Origin: Dehalococcoidia bacterium
Lineage (GTDB): Bacteria; Chloroflexota; Dehalococcoidia; Lucifugimonadales; UBA3495
NCBI GenBank assembly: GCA_965221295.1
Contig: OZ244879.1
Location: forward strand, 2,897,603 to 2,961,602
DNA length: 64,000 nucleotides
Reading direction: 5' to 3'
A model generated the notes under the pieces. The model searched no databases and was not told the origin of the DNA. It saw only the letters and a list, made by a program, of their open reading frames with translations. This document shows positions 19,133 to 27,039 of the stretch, piece after piece; the stretch's first letter is position 1; the number at the start of each line of letters is the position of its first letter. Made by a program: the position numbers and the translations under genes.

Positions 19133-19582
19133 TCAGCCGGTTTTGATGGCCTGAACCAATCTGGCCGCCTCAATGGCGCCAACCGCGCAGTCGGCGCCCA
19201 GATTCCCGACCTTGCCGCCAGACCGATTGATCGCCTGTTCCAAGTTTTCGGTGGTCAGCACGCCAAACATCGTGGGGACGCCGGTCTCCCGTCCCACGGC
19301 GGCGATGCCGGAGGACGCTTGGTTGCACACCATATCGTAGTGGCTGGTCTCTCCTCGGATCACGGCGCCCAGGCAGATCACCGCGTCGAAACGGCCCGAT
19401 TCCGCGAAGGTCTTGGCTACGACGGGCAACTCGAAAGAGCCGGGAACCCAAGCCGTGGATATATCGTTATCTCTGACACCGTATTGCGCCAGAGCGCTGA
19501 CCGCGCCTTCCATCAGGTTCTTGGTGATGACGTAGTTGAAACGGGCGGCCACCACTGCCACCCTGAGGCCAGCGCCGTCCAT
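19133..19582 (-). CDS. ribH: 6,7-dimethyl-8-ribityllumazine synthase
   Basis: LRVAVVAARFNYVIT...WVPGSFELPVVAK...DAVICLGAVIRGETSHYD...VPTMFGVLTT. Trimmed to the ATG at 19582. Confidence 0.9.
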   Translation of the reverse strand: MDGAGLRVAVVAARFNYVITKNLMEGAVSALAQYGVRDNDISTAWVPGSFELPVVAKTFAESGRFDAVICLGAVIRGETSHYDMVCNQASSGIAAVGRETGVPTMFGVLTTENLEQAINRSGGKVGNLGADCAVGAIEAARLVQAIKTG

Positions 19583-19723
19583 TCCACCATTCAGTTCTTG
19601 CGGCAAACTCTCATCTCCAGTGTCGCGGAGTTGGGCCGCCGGACGGTTCCGGCGTCCCGGCAACAAGTGTACTACGCATTCACCGCCGGCGTAACCGGGT
19701 TTACGCGGGCGGCGCGCTATCCC

Positions 19724-20809
19724 TCACCACGGGAGGGACAAGCGGTCATATAGGCCGTTCAGCGAGTTGATTTCGGACGCTAGGATATCCCGAGCCAGTT
19801 GCCGCGCGTACGCTTTCGAAGCGTCGTCGGTGATGTATTCCGCTGGTGATTTCCCGTCAATCCGGGCCAGCAGCAGCGCGCCCATTTGCCGCACCGTGTC
19901 CTCTTCCAGCGCATTTCGGTCTCCTGCGGCGCCCTCGTGGGCCATCGCATACGCGGCCCAAAACGACTGGGCCGCTGCGGAGTACTGCGTCGCCAACGTT
20001 GGGTTGTATATCGCCTTCAAAGTCAAATGGTTGAGCATGAACGCCAAGTCGAAAACTGGGTTGCCCAGGTGGGCCACTTCAAAATCCAGCAGCATCGCTC
20101 GCACCGCCGGGCCTGACCCGTTGACGATGATGTTCTTGGGGCTGAAATCTCCATGCGCCAGGACGCGCCGCTCCCAGGCGGATGGCAGCATTTTTTGCGC
20201 CTCGCGCTCTATGGTGTCCGCCAAGTCTGGATGCGCCCAGGCGGTTGCCCGGTGATAGGGGTCGATCCGCAGTTGCATGAAGCACGACAAATCTCCAAAT
20301 CCATCGAGACCCTGGGGCAGGTCCCTCCCAATTACGCTTGACCTGGAATGTATAGCGCCCAGCATTTCACCCACCAGCCGGGCAGCGTCCATGTCGATGT
20401 GTCCCGCCAAGAGCCGCTCTTTCCAGTTGGCGCCGTCGCTCGGAGCGACGGTCATCGCAAAGGCGAAATTCTCCCGGTCCTCGAAAACCACCCGTGGCGC
20501 CGTCCAGCGACTCGCCAGCGACGATGAAGGTTCTTCCAACGTCAATTTGCCCACGAAGTCCAGGGCCGCCACTTCGCGGAAGATTCGTTCGCGGTCAGCG
20601 TACCAGTCCTCTTCAACGCGTAGTTTGGGCAGCGATTGTTTGAGCGCCAGAGCGTCGCCCGGGTTCGTTCCCCAGGTGACCTTGATGACGACGTTGGATA
20701 CGCCTCCGCCCAGCGACTCAGCCCGCGCCCGGCGGCCATCCTCGGCCGAGATCACCCGTCGCTCCACGAGGTAGCGGACGGCGTTGTGTTCCGAAAGCGT
20801 CAGCTCCAT
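19724..20809 (-). CDS. Phosphotransferase family protein (APH/choline-kinase/MTR-kinase-like fold)
   Basis: GGGVSNVVIKV nucleotide loop, HGDFSPKNIIV catalytic loop, and LLDFEVAHLGNPVFD (DFE metal site). Confidence 0.7.
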   Translation of the reverse strand: MELTLSEHNAVRYLVERRVISAEDGRRARAESLGGGVSNVVIKVTWGTNPGDALALKQSLPKLRVEEDWYADRERIFREVAALDFVGKLTLEEPSSSLASRWTAPRVVFEDRENFAFAMTVAPSDGANWKERLLAGHIDMDAARLVGEMLGAIHSRSSVIGRDLPQGLDGFGDLSCFMQLRIDPYHRATAWAHPDLADTIEREAQKMLPSAWERRVLAHGDFSPKNIIVNGSGPAVRAMLLDFEVAHLGNPVFDLAFMLNHLTLKAIYNPTLATQYSAAAQSFWAAYAMAHEGAAGDRNALEEDTVRQMGALLLARIDGKSPAEYITDDASKAYARQLARDILASEINSLNGLYDRLSLPW

Positions 20810-20844
20810 AGCGGTGACGCGATGCCTTTCACCATGGCCACAGG

Positions 20845-21804
20845 TTAGACCCTCGCGGCCACCTGTGTGGTGAAATCCTCCAGATGGCCCAGCGTCTCCT
20901 CCAGGTTCCCGTCGGCGCTGAGCCGGGCAATGTCCAGAACCAGGTAGCTCACGCCCAGGTCAGCATACTGCCTAATGTCGCCAGCGACCTGCTCGCCGTT
21001 GCCGGTGAAGCGTGTCCGATTCCCGCTCGAATCCGTGCCGGTGAGGCGGTAATCGTGCGAACGGTAGATGATCTGAATCTCTTGCGGACTGCGCCCGGCT
21101 TGTTCCGCAGTTCTTTGCAAACGCTGAATGCCTTGCTGCAACGCCTCAGGCGTCCCGACGGGGAAAGCGGGGTTGTTGCCAATGGGATACCATCCGTCGC
21201 ACAGCGTAGCCGCCCGCCGGATGGCCGGACGGCTTTCGCCGCCCACCCAAAACGGCGGATGCGGTTTCTGGGCCGGCTTGGGCAGGAACCAAATGTCGGA
21301 GAAGCTGACGTATTCGCCCTCGAATTTGGGATCGTCAGCAGTCCAAAGTTCCTTGAAGGCGCGGATGTACTCGTCGGTGACCGCTCCTCTATCGTCGAAG
21401 GGCTCGCAGCCCACGGCCTCGAACTCCTCGCGGCACCAACCGACACCCACGCCCACGATGAGCCTGCCGCCCGACAGCACATCCAGTGTCGCCAGGGCTT
21501 TGGCGGCCACCAGGGGATTGCGGTGCGGCACGATCAACACCGAGGTGGCCAGCCGTATGCTCCGGGTGCAGCCGGCCATGTACGCCAACGCCGTGATCTG
21601 CTCCATGGCTTGCCCTGATGCTGAACCCGGGAACTCTCCCGTTTCGGTGTACGGATATTCTGAAGATATATTTTTGGGCACCAGGATGTGATCCCCCAGG
21701 GCAATGGAGTCAAATCCCAGGGCTTCCGCCCGCTGTGCGATGGTCGCCAAGTTGTCGGGCGTGGCCAACGGCCCCCGGCCCGGAAGAGTGATTCCGTACT
21801 GCAT
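20845..21804 (-). CDS. LLM class F420-dependent oxidoreductase (Rv2161c-like)
   Basis: MQYGITLP...AEALGFDSIALGDHI...GGRLIVGVGVGW...PPFWVGGESRPAIRRAATLCDGW. The ATG at 21804 follows GGAGGAAAAGGG. Confidence 0.85.
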   Translation of the reverse strand: MQYGITLPGRGPLATPDNLATIAQRAEALGFDSIALGDHILVPKNISSEYPYTETGEFPGSASGQAMEQITALAYMAGCTRSIRLATSVLIVPHRNPLVAAKALATLDVLSGGRLIVGVGVGWCREEFEAVGCEPFDDRGAVTDEYIRAFKELWTADDPKFEGEYVSFSDIWFLPKPAQKPHPPFWVGGESRPAIRRAATLCDGWYPIGNNPAFPVGTPEALQQGIQRLQRTAEQAGRSPQEIQIIYRSHDYRLTGTDSSGNRTRFTGNGEQVAGDIRQYADLGVSYLVLDIARLSADGNLEETLGHLEDFTTQVAARV

Positions 21805-21903
21805 TCGCCCTTTTCCTCCGTTGTTGCTAGCGAGTCGGGTGAACAATCGGCGCAAATTGAATGCCGCGACTGCCACGGCTGTAGCCGGCTGGCTTGGCGG
21901 TCA

Positions 21904-22758
21904 TCAGTGAAACAATATGCCGCCGTTCACGTTGTACGATTGTCCTGTAATCAACTCGGCGTCGGGTCCAGACAGGAAGGCGACCAGATTGGCCACGTCT
22001 TCCGGTTCGGCGATACGACCCAGCGGGGTGCGCTCCGAAGACGCCGCGACTACCTGAGCCCTGAATTCCTCCTGCGAGATCCCGCGTTCCGCGGCCTGCG
22101 CCCGTTCCCAATAGCTCATGCGATCCGTGTTGATGGGACCGGGACACACCGCGTTGACCGTGATCCCGTAGGCCGCCAGGTCCATCGCCGACGCCTGGGT
22201 CAGCCCGATGACGGCGAATTTGCTAGCCGAATAGGCCGCGCCGTCCGCGCTGGCCTGCTTCCCGGCGTTGCTCGCGATATTCACGACCCGGCCGCCATTG
22301 CCCAACCGCGCCATCTCACGCCCGGCGTGCTTGGTGCACAGGAACACCGCAGTGGTGTTGATGGCCAAGAAATGCTGCCAAACCTCTTCTTCCAACTCGG
22401 TGACGGGAACCTTGTCCCGCCCGATGATGGCCCGGGCGTTGTTCACCATAATATCCAGCCGGCCATAGTGGTTGACGGTTTCGGCCACCAATTCTTCGAT
22501 GTCAGCTGAATTGGACAGGTCAGCGTATATTGGCAAGGCTTTCCTTCCCAGCTGTCGCACTTCTTCGGCCACACTGTCGATGGACTGCCATTCCGCCCGC
22601 ACTTCGCCGGGCGGCAGGTCGTCCACAGGCCGGCGCACGTCAGTTATTGCCACGTCGGCGCCCAGCGACGCCAGCTTCAACGCGGTCGCCCGACCCACGC
22701 CGCGCATTCCGCCGGCGCCGGTGATCAACGCGACCTTGCCTTCCAGACTCATGATCAC
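21904..22758 (-). CDS. SDR family oxidoreductase
   Basis: GKVALITGAGGMRGVGRATA, NNA, YSASK. The start overlaps the stop of the upstream HD gene by 4 nt. Confidence 0.85.
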   Translation of the reverse strand: MIMSLEGKVALITGAGGMRGVGRATALKLASLGADVAITDVRRPVDDLPPGEVRAEWQSIDSVAEEVRQLGRKALPIYADLSNSADIEELVAETVNHYGRLDIMVNNARAIIGRDKVPVTELEEEVWQHFLAINTTAVFLCTKHAGREMARLGNGGRVVNIASNAGKQASADGAAYSASKFAVIGLTQASAMDLAAYGITVNAVCPGPINTDRMSYWERAQAAERGISQEEFRAQVVAASSERTPLGRIAEPEDVANLVAFLSGPDAELITGQSYNVNGGILFH

Positions 22759-23342
22759 TCCCTCCCGGCGCTGAACGGGTCTCGGCTGAAGATCCGGCGC
22801 ACCATGGGCTCGAAGAACTCCAGCGGCAGCGAATCGTAGGCGGGATCAAACGAAGGCTGATCCCAGCGGTGGCAGAAATCCACCGCGTCCTGGTACCACG
22901 GATGATCGATATAGCGATCCCGAGCGTTGCGGTCGTCGCCGAAATGGTGGGCGTAGTAGTAACTCTGGAACAACCCGTGCTGCCGCACTATCCAGTAGGC
23001 GCGTTCCGACACGTATGGCCGCAGCGCGGCCGCCGCCAGTTCGCTATGGTTGTGCGGGGACAGCAAGTCTCCGATGTCATGGAGCAGAGCGGCTACCACC
23101 ATCTCTTCGTCCGCGCCGTCTCGGTGCGCTCGCGTCGCTGACTGCAACGAGTGCTCCAGGCGGTCAACTTGGTATCCTCCCAAGGAACCGGCCAGCCCGC
23201 GGAGCTGCTGCAATATTCGGTCCGCCGTGCCGGCGGCGAACTCGGTCTCCAATCGCTCCAATAGCTCGTAATCTTCGCGCGTTCCGGCGGCCATGCTGGT
23301 GAAAGAGACCGTCGGCGTCTCGGTTTGCGTTGTCTCACGCAT
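22755..23342 (-). CDS. HD-domain protein, COG4341/PhnZ-like
   Basis: Trimmed to the ATG at 23342. Ligand-like pattern (numbered from that Met): H64, H88-D89 (LLHDIGD), H99, H122, and D161 in CHRWDQPSFD. Confidence 0.7.
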   Translation of the reverse strand: MRETTQTETPTVSFTSMAAGTREDYELLERLETEFAAGTADRILQQLRGLAGSLGGYQVDRLEHSLQSATRAHRDGADEEMVVAALLHDIGDLLSPHNHSELAAAALRPYVSERAYWIVRQHGLFQSYYYAHHFGDDRNARDRYIDHPWYQDAVDFCHRWDQPSFDPAYDSLPLEFFEPMVRRIFSRDPFSAGRE

Positions 23343-23419
23343 CGGGCGCCCCCATCGTGTAGTATGTACCGGATTGTACCACCACGCGGCGCAAACATCG
23401 GGTTGGCAGGAGATCGACA

Positions 23420-24253
23420 ATGGCGGATACACAGCGATTGCTTGACCGCGTCGCCCTGATCACCGGCGGCGGCCGGGGCATCGGCCGGGCTATCGCCTTC
23501 GCCTACGCCGCCGAGGGAGCCAAGCTCGTTCTCGCCGCCCGGACCGACGCCGAGTTGCAGCGGACCGCCCGCGACATCCGCGCCAAGCATGACGCCGACG
23601 TCGTCACCGTCGTCGCCGACGTAACGGACCGGGCACAGGTCGAAAACGCGGTCGCGCAAACGTTGCGGCGCCACGGCGTCATCGACGTCATGGTCAATAA
23701 TGCCGGCAACACGGGGGAGATTGGGCCACTCTGGACGCTGGACCCGGATCGATGGGCCAACACCATCGCTGTGCACGTGTTGGGGACTTACTATGGATGC
23801 CGCGCCGCCATCCCGCCCATGCTGGAACGTGGCAGCGGCCGCATCGTGAACATGTCTGGGGTCGGCGGGCCCAACGACACCTCCTACGACGCCGCCAAAA
23901 CCGCCATCGTCAACATGACCGAAAACCTCAGCGTGGAGTTGTCCAGCTCGGGTGTAACCGTCAACGCCATCAGCCCCGGCTCAATCCACACCCGCATGTG
24001 GGAAGAGGTGCGCGACATGGCATGGGCCGCCGGCGACACCGAACTCTACGAAAAGGGCGTGGCCGTAACCTCCGGTGGAGGAGCTTCCATCGAGCGGGCC
24101 GCCGAGTTAGCGGTGATGCTGGGCAGCGACCAATGCGGACCGTTGTCGGGCCGCTTGATTCGCGCGGCAGTGGATCAGTTCGAGGGCATCCCCGGCTGCG
24201 TGGACTCCATCATGGCCTCCGACGCTTACCAACTACGCCGGGTGGAACCCTAG
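23420..24253 (+). CDS. SDR family oxidoreductase (paralog of 827-1660)
   Basis: RVALITGGGRGIGRAIA, NNAG, YDAAK. It shares the C-terminal module VTSGGGASIE...GRLI.A..D.F......I...DAY.LRRV with the first SDR. Confidence 0.85.
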   Translation: MADTQRLLDRVALITGGGRGIGRAIAFAYAAEGAKLVLAARTDAELQRTARDIRAKHDADVVTVVADVTDRAQVENAVAQTLRRHGVIDVMVNNAGNTGEIGPLWTLDPDRWANTIAVHVLGTYYGCRAAIPPMLERGSGRIVNMSGVGGPNDTSYDAAKTAIVNMTENLSVELSSSGVTVNAISPGSIHTRMWEEVRDMAWAAGDTELYEKGVAVTSGGGASIERAAELAVMLGSDQCGPLSGRLIRAAVDQFEGIPGCVDSIMASDAYQLRRVEP

Positions 24254-24303
24254 CCACTTGCGGCCTTTCCAGACTGCTCGCCCCCGCCAACCCCTGGCGC
24301 CAT

Positions 24304-24948
24304 TTACTGCACCGGATTCACCCTGAACTTGTTGTAAGACTCCAAGGTTTCCAGCCGGGACAGGAAAAGGGCCTTCATGGCCTCGTTCAAGAACGGATTG
24401 GACTTGGGTTTCACGATTTCCTTGGTACCCTGATGGCTCACCGTCACCAGGCCGATGGGGGTGTACAAGTCCAGTAGGTCGGCCAGTTCCTCGACATTTG
24501 AACCCTCCGGGTGAACGACATACACGTGGTCGAAGATGCTGCCGGCGAAGGTCCTAGATACCGGTGAACTCACTGGGTTTTTGAGCATGGCCAACGCTTG
24601 GTCAATCCCTGCGTACCCCGCTGGAGCCTTCATATCGCTGCCAGACTTTAGGTATCCTTTCAGCTCGTAGCCTACCACTTTCCCGCTGGCGCGCGCCTCC
24701 AACAGATCAATGTCTGGCGAAAAGCTGAAGTACCGATAACCGCCCGTATCCTTGCTGACTCGCACCTTCTGAAAAATCTCGCTCTGGTTGTTTCTGCGCA
24801 GGATTTGATACATGGCAAGGAATACGGCATCCTCCGTAATGGGGAGCCGTTTGCTCATGATCCGGTTGAGCACCTCGGATGCGTGTTGGTCGAACGGCGC
24901 CGGACGCCCAAACGCTCCGCGACCGATGGTGGTTCTGCGTCTTCGCAT
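24304..24948 (-). CDS. Hypothetical protein with PD-(D/E)xK nuclease-like core
   Basis: FSFSPD79IDLLEA-x9-VVGYE95LK97 matches a PD...ExK core preceded by a helical, wHTH-like N-terminal region. GGAG lies 5 nt upstream of the ATG at 24948. G+C is locally lower. Confidence 0.5.
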   Translation of the reverse strand: MRRRRTTIGRGAFGRPAPFDQHASEVLNRIMSKRLPITEDAVFLAMYQILRRNNQSEIFQKVRVSKDTGGYRYFSFSPDIDLLEARASGKVVGYELKGYLKSGSDMKAPAGYAGIDQALAMLKNPVSSPVSRTFAGSIFDHVYVVHPEGSNVEELADLLDLYTPIGLVTVSHQGTKEIVKPKSNPFLNEAMKALFLSRLETLESYNKFRVNPVQ

Positions 24949-25071
24949 GTCAACTCCGTCGTGGAGTGGTATCAGAAATACTCAGGCCCGCATGGTCCCG
25001 TTGAGCGCGATCCGGTGGGTGAGTGCCGCACTTGCGATTCTCACGCGACAGGTTGGATTTAGGTCAACTGC

Positions 25072-26397
25072 CTAGCCGCCCCCGCTCACCATCGGCGTCG
25101 CCGCTCGCAGCGATGGGTGTTGGGGCGGCCTGGCCAGCAGCAGGGCCGCCGCGGTGATGGCCGCCAACCCCGCGTAGATGATGAAAGCTAGGCCGTAGCC
25201 GTGGGCCAGGTGGAATACCAACCCCGACGCCACCGCGCCAATGGCTTGCCCCAGCGAGGTGAACGGCTCCGTCACGCCTCGGATCGTGCCAAGAGACTGG
25301 CGTCCGAAGAAATTGGCGTACGCCACTGGCGGCACCACCAGTATGCCGGCCACCGACACGCCAAACAGGCCGGCGGCGACGTAGGCCAGCCACACCGTGT
25401 CAGCGACGATGAACAGGATGCACGCCACCATCATCACCAGGGCTACAATGGCGTAAGTGTACGAAACCCGCATATTCTCCAGCGCCTTTCCCCACAGCAG
25501 GCTGCCGACGCCGGTGCCGGCCGCATTCACTACGATACTCAGTTGCGACAACGCCAGATCTATGCCCCGGGAACGCAGTAGGTCTGCCTGGTACACGTTG
25601 GTGCCAGACTGTAGCAGAAACAGGAAACCGGTGCCGATGGCCAGCGCCCACAACGCCGGCGTCCGTATGGCCTCTCGAGCGGTCCATTCCTGGCCCTCCT
25701 CAGATGGCGTCGGCTCGGCCGCGGGAGCGTCTTCTTCCCCTCCGCTGTCGTTGGGCTCAGGCAAATCGCCGTCCGGGAATAGACCAACGTCCTCGGGCCG
25801 CTGCGCCACCAGCAGCGCGGCTGGAGCCAGGGCGATGGCGTAAACCATCAACCCCAATACGATCCACGCGGTCTCCCAGCCGTATGCCACGCTGATCCAG
25901 GTGGCCACCAATGGGAACGCGACCATGCCCCCGGAGTGGGCCAGGAACAACAGTCCGGTGGCCCGGCCACGCTGCCTGACGAACCACCGACCGACCAACG
26001 TGGCCGATCCGACGTTGAGCGGACTGCTGAACATGATCCGGCCAACCGCCAGCGCCGCGTAGAAGACGGCAATGTGAACCGAAAGCCAGGCCATGGCGAT
26101 CGTGCTCAACCCCAGGATGATCAACGACACCACCAGAACCACCCGGGACCCATAGCGATCAACCGCCCAGCCGACCGGTGGCGAGGCTCCCGTGGCCAAC
26201 AGACCGCCCAGAGCGGCCGCTCCGCCAATCAAGGCGCGACTCCAGCCCGTTTCTTCTGCGATCAACGGCACGAACACCGCGAAGGTGAGACTGCCCGCGG
26301 CGTTGCGCACGAACATGCTGCTGCCGGCGGTTCCCAGCACAACCCAACCGTAAAAGAAGGGGAGCCGGCCAGACAGATATGTTATGAGAATTTGCAT
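25072..26397 (-). CDS. MFS transporter
   Basis: 441 aa with about 12 helices and a central acidic loop. The ATG at 26397 directly abuts the TGA of the upstream gene (TGAATG). Confidence 0.8.
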   Translation of the reverse strand: MQILITYLSGRLPFFYGWVVLGTAGSSMFVRNAAGSLTFAVFVPLIAEETGWSRALIGGAAALGGLLATGASPPVGWAVDRYGSRVVLVVSLIILGLSTIAMAWLSVHIAVFYAALAVGRIMFSSPLNVGSATLVGRWFVRQRGRATGLLFLAHSGGMVAFPLVATWISVAYGWETAWIVLGLMVYAIALAPAALLVAQRPEDVGLFPDGDLPEPNDSGGEEDAPAAEPTPSEEGQEWTAREAIRTPALWALAIGTGFLFLLQSGTNVYQADLLRSRGIDLALSQLSIVVNAAGTGVGSLLWGKALENMRVSYTYAIVALVMMVACILFIVADTVWLAYVAAGLFGVSVAGILVVPPVAYANFFGRQSLGTIRGVTEPFTSLGQAIGAVASGLVFHLAHGYGLAFIIYAGLAAITAAALLLARPPQHPSLRAATPMVSGGG

Positions 26398-27039
26398 TCA
26401 GCGATTATCCCGCAACATTTGCAGGGCTGCAAACGTATCGTCTCGAAACCTGAGCCATGAGGGCAGTTGCTCCAACAGGCCGCCGACGGGCAGGTTCTCC
26501 AACAATTGACGACGGTGGCGGTTAAACCGGCTCACGAAATCCTTTCTGCGCCGGGTTCCCCTGGGCGACGCCGCCTTCAACAAAGCGTCTTGCAACGCGG
26601 CTTTGGGATCAGCCACACCCTCCAATTGGCGCACCTGGGGCAATTCCAGCGGGTTCGCCCCGGAAGGGTTTCCAGCCACTCGTCGGATTTCTGATTCATT
26701 GGTTAGGAGCCAAGTCTCGGTCGTTTGCACCGGAACAATGGGCACGGAGACCCCAGCGTATTCGGCAGCGACGATGCCTTGGTTGATTTCTTCGTAACGG
26801 GATCGCGAGCCAGCAGCCGCGGTCTGCAGGGTACTATCTGCGTCGCGATGGACGAATAGCAGATCCACCGGCCCAGACATGGCGCATCCCCGTAGTACTT
26901 TATCCGCCACCCTCCTTCCCGTGTGTGATGCAGCGCCCTCCGCTTCCTGAACGCCGAAATAAATTAGCAAGGAGGCGATGTGCGGGATCATTGCCGCGTC
27001 CGACGAACCTTCGCATACAAGGAAAAACCGCAATATCAT
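26398..27039 (-). CDS. DUF4276-like protein (TOPRIM-like predicted nuclease partner of the ATPase)
   Basis: Trimmed to the ATG at 27039, which gives an ATGA overlap with the ATPase stop. Motifs are FFLVCE10GSSD, FVHRD66AD68 (E...DxD as in TOPRIM) and a later TTETWLL. Confidence 0.6.
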   Translation of the reverse strand: MILRFFLVCEGSSDAAMIPHIASLLIYFGVQEAEGAASHTGRRVADKVLRGCAMSGPVDLLFVHRDADSTLQTAAAGSRSRYEEINQGIVAAEYAGVSVPIVPVQTTETWLLTNESEIRRVAGNPSGANPLELPQVRQLEGVADPKAALQDALLKAASPRGTRRRKDFVSRFNRHRRQLLENLPVGGLLEQLPSWLRFRDDTFAALQMLRDNR

